From IMG/VR virus record IMGVR_UViG_3300046557_000516, positions 2,332-66,331 of that record: a stretch of 64,000 bases of DNA. The stretch is one strand, 5' to 3'. The notes under the pieces were generated by a model, which was not told the DNA's origin, did no database searches, and saw only the letters and a list, made by a program, of their open reading frames with translations. A program made the position numbers and the translations under genes. The stretch comes from a virus. Positions 33,742 to 43,917 of the stretch are shown piece by piece. Within the stretch, counting starts at the first letter, position 1, and every line of letters starts with the position of its first letter.

Positions 33742-35560
33742 CGCAGCCGTCAAATCGCTGTTCAAGGACATCTCCGCGGCGCTGACACCGCCGGTGGAGA
33801 TGAGCTACTCCGAATGGGCGATCGCCAATTTCAGGCTTTCCGCCGTCGCCTCCGCCGATACCGGGCGGTTTCGCCCCTGGAAATTCCAGCGCGGGATCCT
33901 TGATGCCATCGGTGACCCGCTTTTCCCTCGCGTTTCGGTCATCAAGCCGACCCGAACGGGTTACACGAAGTCGCTTATCGCCGCGATCGGCGCCATTGCC
34001 GACAACGATCCGTCGCCGATCATCCTGTTGATGCCGACGGACGACGACGCCCGCGGGATCATGGTTGACGAGGTCGACCCGGCCTTCAAGGAAAGCCCCA
34101 GGCTTCGCGGCCTGATGAGATCCGGCCGTTTCGACGGTAGGAACACCTTGACGCACCGGTCCTTTGCCGGCGGCGGCTCACTGAAGGCGATCGCAGCCGC
34201 GGCGCCACGCAATCTTCGCCGTCACTCGGCGAAATACCTGTTCTGCGACGAAGTCGACGGGATGAAAATCACCTCAGAAGGTGATCCGTTGAAGATCGCG
34301 GAGAAGCGCACGGACTCCTATCCAGATCGCAAGATCGTGATGGGATCTACGCCAGTTGATGATGCCACCTCCATCATCATCACCCGGTACAACGAGAGCG
34401 ACCAGCGCGTTTTCGAAATTCCGTGCGTTCATTGCAGCGTTCCCTTCGAACTGATGTGGGAACACCTGGACTGGAAGCCTGGCCAGCCGGAGACGGTTGT
34501 CGCCAACTGCCCGAACTGCGGCGTCGAGATCGAGGAAAAATACAAGCCTCAGATGGTCGAGGCCGGCGAATGGCGGGCAACGAAGCCTGAGGTCAATGGA
34601 CATGCCGGTTTCCGGCTCAACGCACTGATCTCGATGTTCTCCAACGTCCGATGGGCAATGCTTGTCACGGAATATGAGAACGCCGTGAAGCAGGGCGCCT
34701 CGGCCATGCAGGTTTTCACGAACACCGTCCTTGGCCAAGTCTATTCGGCCGCGATCGACTATGTAAACGAAACCATGCTGATGGCTCGTTGCGAACCCTT
34801 TGGTCTCAGGCTCGAGCTTGGATCCGGCCAATGGGAAGAGAAGATCCCGGTGGAAGTCGGCTACATCACAGCCGGCGTTGACGTCCAGGTCGATCGCGTC
34901 GAAATGACCTTCGTCGGTCATAGCCCGTCGCATCGCTACATCCTTGGCCATCACGTCGTCTACGGCGGCACCAACCTCGATACGACCTGGGATGAGGTTC
35001 ATTCAGTCCTGATGACGAAGTGGCAACATCCACTCGGCGGGACCATCGGCATCGAGGCCGCCGGCGTCGACTCCGGTGACGGTAACAGGACGCAGAACGT
35101 CTACGACTTCGTCGAGCACACACAGGGACAGAAAATCGTCGCCATCAAGGGCGTCGCCGGTCCCCGCAAGGTGATCGAGGTCTCCAAGGTGAAGCGCAGA
35201 AACCGGACCGCCCCGCTCTATCTGATCGGCGTCGACCAGGTGAAACTCGACATCCTTGCCACCCTTCCGAAGGAAAAAACGGAGTCGCAAGCGTTCCGTT
35301 TCAGCAACACGTTGACAGAGGATTACTTCCTCCAGCTCAACGCGGAACGTCGTGTCCTCGTCTACAAACAGGGCCGCCCGATCGAGCAATTCGAGCGGAT
35401 CGGCAATCGAAAAGCAGAAGCGCTTGACACCGTGGTTTACGCCTTGGCGGTCAAATACCTCTGCAATTTCAACTATGAGAAGCGATACCTCGAGCTCAAG
35501 GGCGACGCTCCACCAAAGAGGAGCCTGAAGGACATCGTCTCCAAAATGCACAGGAAGTGA
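33719..35560 (+). CDS. Terminase large subunit, lambda GpA family
   Basis: SEWA, FQRGILDA, K.TR.GYT, DEVDG, EGDP, STP, CxxC pairs, AGVDVQ, DSG, EALD. Confidence 0.95.
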   Translation: MPMSSRASAAVKSLFKDISAALTPPVEMSYSEWAIANFRLSAVASADTGRFRPWKFQRGILDAIGDPLFPRVSVIKPTRTGYTKSLIAAIGAIADNDPSPIILLMPTDDDARGIMVDEVDPAFKESPRLRGLMRSGRFDGRNTLTHRSFAGGGSLKAIAAAAPRNLRRHSAKYLFCDEVDGMKITSEGDPLKIAEKRTDSYPDRKIVMGSTPVDDATSIIITRYNESDQRVFEIPCVHCSVPFELMWEHLDWKPGQPETVVANCPNCGVEIEEKYKPQMVEAGEWRATKPEVNGHAGFRLNALISMFSNVRWAMLVTEYENAVKQGASAMQVFTNTVLGQVYSAAIDYVNETMLMARCEPFGLRLELGSGQWEEKIPVEVGYITAGVDVQVDRVEMTFVGHSPSHRYILGHHVVYGGTNLDTTWDEVHSVLMTKWQHPLGGTIGIEAAGVDSGDGNRTQNVYDFVEHTQGQKIVAIKGVAGPRKVIEVSKVKRRNRTAPLYLIGVDQVKLDILATLPKEKTESQAFRFSNTLTEDYFLQLNAERRVLVYKQGRPIEQFERIGNRKAEALDTVVYALAVKYLCNFNYEKRYLELKGDAPPKRSLKDIVSKMHRK

Positions 35561-37245
35561 AAATGGGCCTCAAGGAAGCATACCGGGCGTTTATGAAGCC
35601 GTCGGGCGGCGCCCCGACGCCGAAGTCCGCTTTCTTCCAGGGCGGCCGGCATGGCAACGGCGGCGGCGCGCTGCTGAATTCGTGGCGCCCGCAGCTCCGT
35701 GAAGCGCAAGCCGATATCGCGCTGTCATGGCATGAGGCCGCGGCACGAAGCGTCGATGGCATCCACAATTCGGGGTTCTTGACCAAGATCCTCGAGACGG
35801 AAACCGGATCCGTTGTCGGCACCGGTCTCCGCTGGCTTTCCAGGCCCGACCCGATATCGCTGAACTGGACGCCGGAAGATGCATCGAAGTGGGCGCGAAT
35901 GGTCGAAAAGCGCTTCCGCGCCTGGGGACAGAACCCGGCCGAATGCGACGCCTCGGGCAAGATGACCTTCGACAAAATGCAGCAGGCCGCTTTCGCCTCC
36001 TACAAGTGCTTCGGCGAGATCCTGGCGATGCAGCCGTTGATCCGCCGGCCCGGTTCGTTGCGCCTCGGGCGTGTTTTGATGCTTCCGCCGACACGGTTGT
36101 CGCATCTGTCGAACGGCACCAACATCGTCCAGGGCGTCAAGGTCGACGATTGGGGTTTCCCCCAGGAGTACACGATCCGCAAATTCTCCGCCCTTCTCGG
36201 ATGGCAGGAACAGCAGTTCGCCGCCAACGATCGCGATGGCCGCCCGCAAGTGCTTCACATCTTCGACTCCGCCCTGGCGACGACTCGAGGGATCTCGCCG
36301 ATGGCGAACATCCTGAAAGTAGTTCGCCAAGTCGACCAGTACGCCGATGCGACGCTGACTTCGGCTCTGATCCAGACGATCTTTGCCGCGGTTATCAAGA
36401 CCAACATCACCGGCCAAGGCGCCTTCGACGGTCTGATGACCAAGCAGGACGGCAAGGGCACCGGCATGTTCGACCTCGAGGACTTCGCGGAAGCGCAGCG
36501 CCAATGGTACGACGGTTCCTCGATCGACCTCACCCAACACGGTCGCATCGCGCAGCTCTTCCCGAATGATGAGTTGACCTTCACGGAGGCAAAGCAGCCC
36601 GGGCAGCAGTACGACGCCTTCATGGGGTGGCTGATGCGAGAAGTCGCTGCAGGCTGCGGCGTCACCTATGAGAGCGCAACGGGCGACTATCGCGGCGCTA
36701 CTTACTCATCGATCCGCATGGCGGGCGCTGAAGCTTGGCTCACGGTTCTACGCCGTCGGGCCAATCTGATCATCCCGTTCTGCGAAGCGGTTAAGTCGAC
36801 CTGGCTGGACGAAGAAATCCAGACCGGGCGCATCCCGTTCCCGGGCGGGTATTTCGCCTATATCGCCAACCGCGACGCCGCGAACATGGGTTCCTGGTCC
36901 GGACCATCGCAGCCTCAGGCCGACGACTTCAAAGCGGCGCGCAGCCATGAAGTCCTTCACAAGATCCAAGGCACCACGCTGTCGGAGATCTCCGCAGCTT
37001 ACGGCCGCGATTGGGATGAGGACATGCGCCAGCGCGCCGAAGAGAACCGCTTGGCGGATGAGCTCGAGATGCCGCGTCCCTGGATCCAGGCCATCGTCCC
37101 GCAACCGGAAACGGCCGACAAGGTCGCGGAGCTGGACAAAGAGCTCGCCGCGAAACCAGACGCTCCGGTCCCGGGGAAGAAAGTCGGCGCCCCGGCATCA
37201 TCCGCTTCGGCAGACGCCGACGCGGAGCTCGAAGAGGAGACCTAA
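35557..37245 (+). CDS. Portal protein, lambda family
   Basis: VVGTGL, CD..G..TF, RGISP, G.TYE..TGDY...TYSS.R. Confidence 0.93.
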   Translation: MKMGLKEAYRAFMKPSGGAPTPKSAFFQGGRHGNGGGALLNSWRPQLREAQADIALSWHEAAARSVDGIHNSGFLTKILETETGSVVGTGLRWLSRPDPISLNWTPEDASKWARMVEKRFRAWGQNPAECDASGKMTFDKMQQAAFASYKCFGEILAMQPLIRRPGSLRLGRVLMLPPTRLSHLSNGTNIVQGVKVDDWGFPQEYTIRKFSALLGWQEQQFAANDRDGRPQVLHIFDSALATTRGISPMANILKVVRQVDQYADATLTSALIQTIFAAVIKTNITGQGAFDGLMTKQDGKGTGMFDLEDFAEAQRQWYDGSSIDLTQHGRIAQLFPNDELTFTEAKQPGQQYDAFMGWLMREVAAGCGVTYESATGDYRGATYSSIRMAGAEAWLTVLRRRANLIIPFCEAVKSTWLDEEIQTGRIPFPGGYFAYIANRDAANMGSWSGPSQPQADDFKAARSHEVLHKIQGTTLSEISAAYGRDWDEDMRQRAEENRLADELEMPRPWIQAIVPQPETADKVAELDKELAAKPDAPVPGKKVGAPASSASADADAELEEET

Positions 37246-37551
37246 ATGGCGATCGACTATTCGATCTTCGCCGCGGAGCCTTACGACCCATGCGCCGCTC
37301 TTGCGGTTCTACGGCCGGTCTACATGCAGTTGCGCGTCGAGGGCGGCGTCAAGCGGATCAAGTTCCGGGATCGGGATACCGAATTCTCGCCTCCGGACAT
37401 CGGTGACGTCGCCGCCCTGATCGCGCAGCTCGAGGCCGATTGCTCCGCCCAAAACGGCACAACAAGGAAGCGCTTTGCCATCACGGCGGGCGCGCGCGGA
37501 CCCTGCGGCCCTGGCGGCTGGTGGGGCACAGGCGGAGGGGGATGTCCATGA
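37246..37551 (+). CDS. Head-tail joining protein (gpW-like)
   Basis: G.V.RI.F.DR..EF...D...L...I..LE..C. Confidence 0.65.
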   Translation: MAIDYSIFAAEPYDPCAALAVLRPVYMQLRVEGGVKRIKFRDRDTEFSPPDIGDVAALIAQLEADCSAQNGTTRKRFAITAGARGPCGPGGWWGTGGGGCP

Positions 37552-38798
37552 CGAAACACTTCATCGACTTCGCCGCCGCCTCCGGATGGGCGATGTGGCC
37601 CGATGCCGTCGACAACCTCGTCTCGATCGCCGAACGCGCCAATGAGACCACGCCGGAGCTGCTCGAGGCATATCGGGCGCAAAGCGTGGAAAAGGGCGAC
37701 CGCCTCAAAGCTCGAGACGGTGTCGGCCTCCTCTACGTCGAGGGACCGCTGTTCAAGAAGGCGAATTTCATGACGGCGATGTCCGGTGCGACATCGTATG
37801 CCACGCTCGCCAAGGATCTCCAGGTCGCGCTCGACGATCCGTCGATCCACTCGATCGCAATGCTTGTCGACAGCCCCGGTGGAGAGGCAAGCGGCGCCGA
37901 TGAATTCGCGGCCGCAGTTCATGCCGCCAACAAGATCAAGCCGGTGACCTCCTTCGTCTCCGGAATGGGCGCCTCGGCGGCCTACTGGATCGCGGCGGCT
38001 GGCGGCAAGGTTTACCTGTCCGAAGGCTCGATGGTTGGTTCCATCGGCGTCGTTCTAGGCATCACAGACACCTCCGCTTCTGATGAAAAGCGCGGGGTTC
38101 GGAAACTGCAATTCGTGTCATCGAAGTCGCCGAACAAGCGACCCGACCCGACCACGGAGGCAGGAGCCTCGCATATCCAAGCCATGGTTGATGCGCTTGG
38201 GGATGTCTTCATCAACAAGGTGGCCTCGTATCGCAAGGTCACCGCAGAGGACGTTGTCGCCAAGTTTGGCGCCGGCGGAATGAAAATCGGGGCGGATGCC
38301 GTCGCTTCAGGAATGGCCGATGGTATCGGGCAGTTCGAAGGCGTCCTCGCCACCATCATCCAGGACGGTAAACGCCGGACTGCAAACCAACGCTCATACG
38401 GAGGGCTTTCCATGGCCGACGAAACCACCATAGACGCTGCTGCGATCGAAGAAGCGGCAGCAGCAAAAGCACAGGCTCGCATGAAGGCGATCCTTGCATC
38501 CGACGCCGGGAAGGCCATGCCGACCCTCGCTTCGCACCTCGCTTACGAGACGAAGATGTCGGCCGAAGACGCCGTCAAGATCCTGACCTCTGCCAAGGCA
38601 GACGCTCCGGAAGCTCCCGCCGTCGTCGTCCCGCCCGCCGTCGATCCCGCTGCCGCCGCCGCCGCTTTCGAGGCATCCAAGCGCGACGCCGGCGCCCTCG
38701 GTCTTGGCCAACCAGGTCAGACCGGCGCCGAAAAGCCCGACGCTGCAGCCAGTTGGGCTAAAGCCGTCAAGACCGTCAACGCTCGCATCGGCGCTTAA
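37548..38798 (+). CDS. S49 capsid maturation protease with C-terminal scaffold (gpC-like)
   Basis: DSPGG, ASAAYWIA, GSIGV, A...GMAD. Confidence 0.92.
   Translation: MTKHFIDFAAASGWAMWPDAVDNLVSIAERANETTPELLEAYRAQSVEKGDRLKARDGVGLLYVEGPLFKKANFMTAMSGATSYATLAKDLQVALDDPSIHSIAMLVDSPGGEASGADEFAAAVHAANKIKPVTSFVSGMGASAAYWIAAAGGKVYLSEGSMVGSIGVVLGITDTSASDEKRGVRKLQFVSSKSPNKRPDPTTEAGASHIQAMVDALGDVFINKVASYRKVTAEDVVAKFGAGGMKIGADAVASGMADGIGQFEGVLATIIQDGKRRTANQRSYGGLSMADETTIDAAAIEEAAAAKAQARMKAILASDAGKAMPTLASHLAYETKMSAEDAVKILTSAKADAPEAPAVVVPPAVDPAAAAAAFEASKRDAGALGLGQPGQTGAEKPDAAASWAKAVKTVNARIGA
38412..38798 (+). CDS. Nu3-like scaffolding protein from an in-frame internal start
   Basis: GGAGG RBS before in-frame ATG (MADETT); same arrangement as lambda C/Nu3. 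Confidence 0.6.
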   Translation: MADETTIDAAAIEEAAAAKAQARMKAILASDAGKAMPTLASHLAYETKMSAEDAVKILTSAKADAPEAPAVVVPPAVDPAAAAAAFEASKRDAGALGLGQPGQTGAEKPDAAASWAKAVKTVNARIGA

Positions 38799-38831
38799 TC
38801 GCAGCCCTTCCGCAACAGGAGTTCTTTTTCG

Positions 38832-39494
38832 ATGACCGTATTTACTGAATCCGCCCGTTGGGGTGAAGCCATCATGAGCGAGGCAAACTTCCACTTGTCT
38901 CGCGACAATGGCATCGTCGCTCTTTCGCAGACCGTGCTTATGAACGGCTTGGTGTCCAAGCTGGCGATCGTCGCTGGTGTCGACGTCACTCAGTCGTTCA
39001 CCGGCACTGGCAACGGCGTCATGACCCCGGCCTCCCCGGCTGTGAACAGCATGGTCCAGGACGGAAACTACCGTCTGACGTGCATCACGGTTGCCGCCAA
39101 CGCCGGCACGTTCCTTGTCGAAGATCCAAGCGGCAAGAGCTTGGGTGAAGCCCAGGTTGGTGTCCTTTTCAACAAGGAAATCAAGTTCACGATCGCCGAC
39201 GGTTCGACCGACTTCGTGCTTGGCGACCAGTTCCTCTTCCAGGTCGCGGCCAACGCCGACGACTTCCAGTACGTCGCCTTCAACCCGGCCGGCACCGATG
39301 GTTCGCAGAACCCCGTCGGATACTCGCCTTATCCGGTTGTCACCGATGGCGTGAACACGAAGAAGATCTCCGTTCTCAACGCGAGTTGCGAGCTGAACGG
39401 TAACTGCATCGCATGGCCGGCTGGCATCACTGCGGCGCAGAAGCAGGACGCCATCCAGGCGCTCGGCGTCAAGAACGTCAAGGTCCGCTTCTAA
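38832..39494 (+). CDS. Head decoration protein (gpD-like, with inserted domain)
   Basis: MSEAN...SRD, TG.GNG insert, DGSQ, L...WPAG...AQK..A...L. Confidence 0.8.
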   Translation: MTVFTESARWGEAIMSEANFHLSRDNGIVALSQTVLMNGLVSKLAIVAGVDVTQSFTGTGNGVMTPASPAVNSMVQDGNYRLTCITVAANAGTFLVEDPSGKSLGEAQVGVLFNKEIKFTIADGSTDFVLGDQFLFQVAANADDFQYVAFNPAGTDGSQNPVGYSPYPVVTDGVNTKKISVLNASCELNGNCIAWPAGITAAQKQDAIQALGVKNVKVRF

Positions 39495-39577
39495 CCCGCG
39501 GGACTTCCCCCACCCACAACCCGTCACGCCCAACATAGCCCCGTCACGCGCGGATTGGCTGAGGAGAAATTACGTCA

Positions 39578-40618
39578 ATGGCCGACATGTTCGACATCTT
39601 CAATCAGGACGCCTTCCGCGTCACCTCCATGGCAACCGCCATGAAGGAAATCAAATATGTACCAAGCTACATCTCGAGCTTGGGCATCTTCCGGGAACAG
39701 ACCGTCAACACGACGGACGTTGTCATCGAAAAGGACGCGGATCAGCAGATCTTCGTCGTCGGCTCCAGCCCTCGCGGCGGCGTCGGACAGACCTTCGGCA
39801 AGAACCGCCGCCAGATGCGCAAGCTCTCGGTTCCCCACTACCAGGTCGACGATGCGATCTACGCTGATGAAGTTCAGCAGGTTCGCGCCTTCTCCGACCC
39901 GGTTGCGACCGAAATGCTGCAGTCCCGCATCGCCCGCCGCGCCGGTGAAGTTTCTCAGTCCTTCGCGCTCACCGAAGAAAAGCAGAAGCTTGCCGTTGTT
40001 ACCCAGGGCAAGGTTTTCGACGCCGACGGCACGCTGATCTATGACTTCTACGCCGAGTTCGGCGAAGCGGCCCCGGTCGAAATCGCCTTCGACCTCGACA
40101 ACGCCTCCCCGGCCCGCGGCGCCCTCCGGAAGCTTTGCGCCTCCGTGGTTCGCGCCATGGGGACGACCCTCGACGGTATCCCCTTCTCCGGGATCCTGGC
40201 GATCTGCTCGGACACCTTCTACGACGCGCTCACCACGCACAACGAAGTCGAGAAGACGTTCGTCAATTGGTCCGAAGCGGTCAATCTGCGCGCGCCAATC
40301 GTCGGCACCGGCCAGAACGGCGGCATTTGGGCCGAATTCAAAATCTTTGGTATCACCTGGGTTAACTACCGTGGTGGCCAGAGCGTCGGGATCACTACCG
40401 ACAAGGTGTACTTCATCCCGATTGGCACCCCGGATCTCTTCCGGTCCGTCTATGCGCCGGCTGACTACATCGAAACCGTCAACACTGAAGGCCAGCGTTT
40501 GTATTCGAAGGTATTCCGGATGCACAACGACAAGGGCATGAACATGGAATTCCAGTCGAACGTACTGCATTACTGCGTTCGTCCTCGGGTCATCATGTCC
40601 GGCCGCAAAGGGTCTTAA
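39578..40618 (+). CDS. Major capsid protein (gpE family)
   Basis: DIFN.DAF...SM, SPRG, EVQ.VRAF, APADY.ETVNT.G, QSN.L..C.RP. Confidence 0.92.
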   Translation: MADMFDIFNQDAFRVTSMATAMKEIKYVPSYISSLGIFREQTVNTTDVVIEKDADQQIFVVGSSPRGGVGQTFGKNRRQMRKLSVPHYQVDDAIYADEVQQVRAFSDPVATEMLQSRIARRAGEVSQSFALTEEKQKLAVVTQGKVFDADGTLIYDFYAEFGEAAPVEIAFDLDNASPARGALRKLCASVVRAMGTTLDGIPFSGILAICSDTFYDALTTHNEVEKTFVNWSEAVNLRAPIVGTGQNGGIWAEFKIFGITWVNYRGGQSVGITTDKVYFIPIGTPDLFRSVYAPADYIETVNTEGQRLYSKVFRMHNDKGMNMEFQSNVLHYCVRPRVIMSGRKGS

Positions 40619-40648
40619 CGGCTAAAGTCTGAAACCGGAGAGAGCCCG

Positions 40649-41086
40649 ATGTCCACCTTCCGCAGCCTCTACGAACCGCGCACCTCTGAACGCATCGACG
40701 CCTTCTATGGGGACCAAATCCTCATCGAGCGGATGACGAAGGGATCGTATTTCGGAGCGGTTGCGGATGGATCTCGGGCTCCTCTTGTTGTCACCGGCAT
40801 CATCGACGTCAACCCAGTAACGGTGACGCTGAAAGTCGAAGGCAGCTATGACGGGTTGGTTCCGCAGCTCGCCGGTGAAAAGTACCATGTCAGCTTCGAC
40901 ATCAAGAAGTTTCCGACAACGTCCGATCTGCCGAAGCCGGATGACTTGCTCACCGCGGTTATCGTCACCGGCATCATTGGATCTCCGGTCTACACCCCGG
41001 ACCCGAATTTCCCGAAACTGCGGGTGACGCGCGTCGATCCTGACGGGATCAACCGCATCATCTGCGTATGCTCGAGGGCGCAATGA
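40649..41086 (+). CDS. Putative head-tail adaptor (gpFII position)
   Basis: Position after capsid; beta-rich; V.PDG..R. Confidence 0.5.
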   Translation: MSTFRSLYEPRTSERIDAFYGDQILIERMTKGSYFGAVADGSRAPLVVTGIIDVNPVTVTLKVEGSYDGLVPQLAGEKYHVSFDIKKFPTTSDLPKPDDLLTAVIVTGIIGSPVYTPDPNFPKLRVTRVDPDGINRIICVCSRAQ

Positions 41087-41877
41087 GCCTCGTATCGCAA
41101 GCATTGGTCATCGCGACCGAGAAAACGCTTAATGGCGCAACGTGGGCCGGTTCTAGGGTGCTTAGGCAACCTATCGACCCCATCGCTGAAGTCCTTCGTG
41201 AGAATGGCGGAAACCAGATCCCGGTTATCGCTGTTTACGTCGAGGCCGCCACCTTCGATATCGAGGGCAGAGCGACCCAGGGCAACAAGGGCCAGCTCGA
41301 TCTAAAGGTGTTCGTCTACATCGCCCCAGGGGTCACAAAGATCGACGACGGCACCTATGATTTCGTCATGGATACGACGTCGGCCGGGTTAACGCTCGAC
41401 ATCATGGGCCGGCAAGTCGACGCCGCGCTGCACACATCGCTTTCCGCTTGGCTGGAGATCTGGCGCAAGATCGTGATCTCAGTCTCGAAAAAGATCGAGA
41501 AGTACGCTTTGATCCAGATCGAGACCGGTGTCCGCGTCCCCGCGCTGGAGATCCTCTACTCGGTCCATACCATCCCGGATCCCGACTTCGGCGTCGCGGT
41601 CGACGGCATGATCGCCTGGCGGATGATCGACGCGCAACTGCGCACCGAAGGCGCCGACGGCATCAAGCTGGCGGATCTCTTCAAGTCGCTGATCGAAACC
41701 CCGGCTGGCCTTCAGCCCTACCAGACCTTCGTCAACAACGCCGGCCTCACCGCTGCGGACTTCGCGTCTACAGGTCTGGCGCCGGTTCCCGGATCGGCGG
41801 ACCCGACGACTGGCGGCATGCCTATCCTCGAGGACGTCACGATCACGGTGACAGGAACAGGAACGGAGCCGCTCTAA
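41083..41877 (+). CDS. Putative tail terminator/neck protein
   Basis: Position; T.AG.RV...IDP, P.IAVY. Confidence 0.5.
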   Translation: MSLVSQALVIATEKTLNGATWAGSRVLRQPIDPIAEVLRENGGNQIPVIAVYVEAATFDIEGRATQGNKGQLDLKVFVYIAPGVTKIDDGTYDFVMDTTSAGLTLDIMGRQVDAALHTSLSAWLEIWRKIVISVSKKIEKYALIQIETGVRVPALEILYSVHTIPDPDFGVAVDGMIAWRMIDAQLRTEGADGIKLADLFKSLIETPAGLQPYQTFVNNAGLTAADFASTGLAPVPGSADPTTGGMPILEDVTITVTGTGTEPL

Positions 41878-42434
41878 TGGCACTAGTCCAGGCCGCCGAC
41901 GTCTCCGAATTGCTGCGCGACGTGATGATCCGCTTCCTCGAGTCGCAACGTCGCCAAGCTGGATCCGAGATGTCCGGCAAAGTGACGGACGTCGACACTA
42001 CGAAGCATCTCGCGCGCATCGAGATCGGCAAGGATGACGACGGTAACCAGGTGAAGTCGCCGTGGGTTCCCTACGCACAGATCGCGGGCGACCTGAAATT
42101 CCATCAGCCGCCCGTCAAAGACCAGTTGATGACGCTCCGATCGGAGAACGGGGATGTCGAGCAAGGCACCCTTCATCCTTCTGGCTTCACCGACGCGAAC
42201 CCGTCCCCATCGACGGATGCCGCAACCAACGTCATGACCTTCGGCGATGTCAAGGTGACGATCGCCAAGGACCATCTCCTCCTCGAGGTTGGCGGGACGT
42301 CCTGGAGGTTCTCGGCCGACGGGAAAGATCAGACCGGCGGCTACTCGAAACACGACGGGCATTCCGTCGACAAGACACACAAGCATAGCGGCATCCTTCG
42401 TGGTGGCGCCTTGACAGACCCACCCGCAAACTGA
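41877..42434 (+). CDS. Baseplate spike (P2 gpV-like)
   Basis: G.V..VD...ARI...SPWVP..Q.AG....PP; C-terminal H.H.G. Confidence 0.85.
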   Translation: MALVQAADVSELLRDVMIRFLESQRRQAGSEMSGKVTDVDTTKHLARIEIGKDDDGNQVKSPWVPYAQIAGDLKFHQPPVKDQLMTLRSENGDVEQGTLHPSGFTDANPSPSTDAATNVMTFGDVKVTIAKDHLLLEVGGTSWRFSADGKDQTGGYSKHDGHSVDKTHKHSGILRGGALTDPPAN

Positions 42435-42444
42435 GGAGCCAATC

Positions 42445-42654
42445 ATGGCCAAGTACACAGTTCTTATCGAAGGCAAGATGGTCGCCGGCCTGAAGAGCCC
42501 CGGCGTCGGCGAGACCATCGAGATGTCCGATCTCCAGGCGGAACACCCGCTGCGCATCGGCGAAATCGAGGTCTACAAGACCCAGAAGGCTGCGGTTCCG
42601 ACCCCGGCAGCAGAGGCGCCCGCACCCGCTCCGGCCTTGAAGCCGGCGGTTTAA
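42445..42654 (+). CDS. Small hypothetical virion protein
   Basis: GAGGAG RBS within the baseplate cluster. Confidence 0.6.
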   Translation: MAKYTVLIEGKMVAGLKSPGVGETIEMSDLQAEHPLRIGEIEVYKTQKAAVPTPAAEAPAPAPALKPAV

Positions 42655-42658
42655 ATCG

Positions 42659-43039
42659 ATGGCCGGGGTTGACCAGGTCACCGGTGGGGTTCTCGAGGGA
42701 TGGGATCATGTCCAGCAGTCGCTTGGGGTGATCTTCTCGACGCGTCAAGGTGACCGCGTCATGCGCGAATGGTTCGGCAACCCCGGCCTGAAGCTTCTCG
42801 GGAAACCTCAGAATGAGCCGACGGTCTTGATGTGGTTCAACATCATGTGGATGTTGACAGAGCTCTTTGAGCCTCGCTTCAAGATCATCCAGTTCGAAGT
42901 GAACGACCTATCGCAGCTTGGGTTCGGCAACTTCACCCTAAACGGTGAGTACCGGCCGTATGCTCATCTCGATTGGGTCCAGGCTCGAGCGTTCGTTTCC
43001 GTCAATGGCACCACGGTAACACTTAGCGGAGCGGATTAA
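42659..43039 (+). CDS. Baseplate wedge (gpW/gp25-like)
   Basis: HV.QS...I.ST..G.RVMR..FG; FEPR. Confidence 0.88.
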   Translation: MAGVDQVTGGVLEGWDHVQQSLGVIFSTRQGDRVMREWFGNPGLKLLGKPQNEPTVLMWFNIMWMLTELFEPRFKIIQFEVNDLSQLGFGNFTLNGEYRPYAHLDWVQARAFVSVNGTTVTLSGAD

Positions 43040-43917
43040 TGGCGATCGACCTTTCCTCACTGCCGGATCCGCAGATCATCGATCCGCTGGATTACGAGAC
43101 CATCGTTGCGGATGCGAAGTCGACGTTCGCAACGCTATGGGCAGCGGTTCGCGCCGCTAACCCAGGACTCAATCTGCCGGCCTATGACGTCTCCATGCTG
43201 GAAACGGACCCGGTGGTTGTCACCATCGAGGCACAGGCGTATCGCGAGCTCGCCATCCGCTCCCGCATCAACGATGCAGCTAAGAGCAACTTGCTGAAGT
43301 TCTCCTGGGGAACAGATCTCGACAACCTGGCCGCCGATCACGACGTCACCCGGTTGACCGGCGAAACCGACGATGCCTTGAAAGAGCGCATCATCCTGAA
43401 GGATCAGGGCTCATCCTCGGCGGGCCCTGAAGACTGGTACAAATATTGGGCGCGCACCGCGGATGTCCGCGTCAAGGATGTCTCGGTTTTCCGGGCGACC
43501 TTGGGCCCCGCGCTCACCATCGGGATCCTGTCGACCGACAATGGCGGCGTCCCGACTTCCGATATCTTGGCGAATGTGCTTGCCGTTGTGAACGCTTCGA
43601 ATATTCGCGGCATGAACGACGTGCTCTCCGTTGTCGCCTCGACGACGCAGACCGTCAACATCAATGCCGATATCTGGCTGTTGCCGGATGCGCCGCAGAC
43701 TGTCTTCGACGGCCTCTCCGGCGTGCTGGCCATTGCCTGGGTTACGGAAGGCGGCATCGGCTTCGATCTCAATCTGAACTGGCTCTATGCCAAGCTGTCG
43801 CCATCTGGCGTTTCGAAGGTCCATATCAACGCGCCAACGATCGACACCGTGGCGCCGGATGTATCGTCGATCGCGCTCGGGACGATCACGCTTAACTACA
43901 TGGGAAGATCCCGTTGA
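43039..43917 (+). CDS. Baseplate J-like protein
   Basis: IDLS.LP.P.II..LDYE; LD.LAA; E.DD.L..RI; SSAGP. Confidence 0.92.
   Translation: MAIDLSSLPDPQIIDPLDYETIVADAKSTFATLWAAVRAANPGLNLPAYDVSMLETDPVVVTIEAQAYRELAIRSRINDAAKSNLLKFSWGTDLDNLAADHDVTRLTGETDDALKERIILKDQGSSSAGPEDWYKYWARTADVRVKDVSVFRATLGPALTIGILSTDNGGVPTSDILANVLAVVNASNIRGMNDVLSVVASTTQTVNINADIWLLPDAPQTVFDGLSGVLAIAWVTEGGIGFDLNLNWLYAKLSPSGVSKVHINAPTIDTVAPDVSSIALGTITLNYMGRSR

Noticed and set aside
39520-39549. CCCGTCACGC tandem copies before the capsid gene
   Set aside because: Only two 10-mers with no further support
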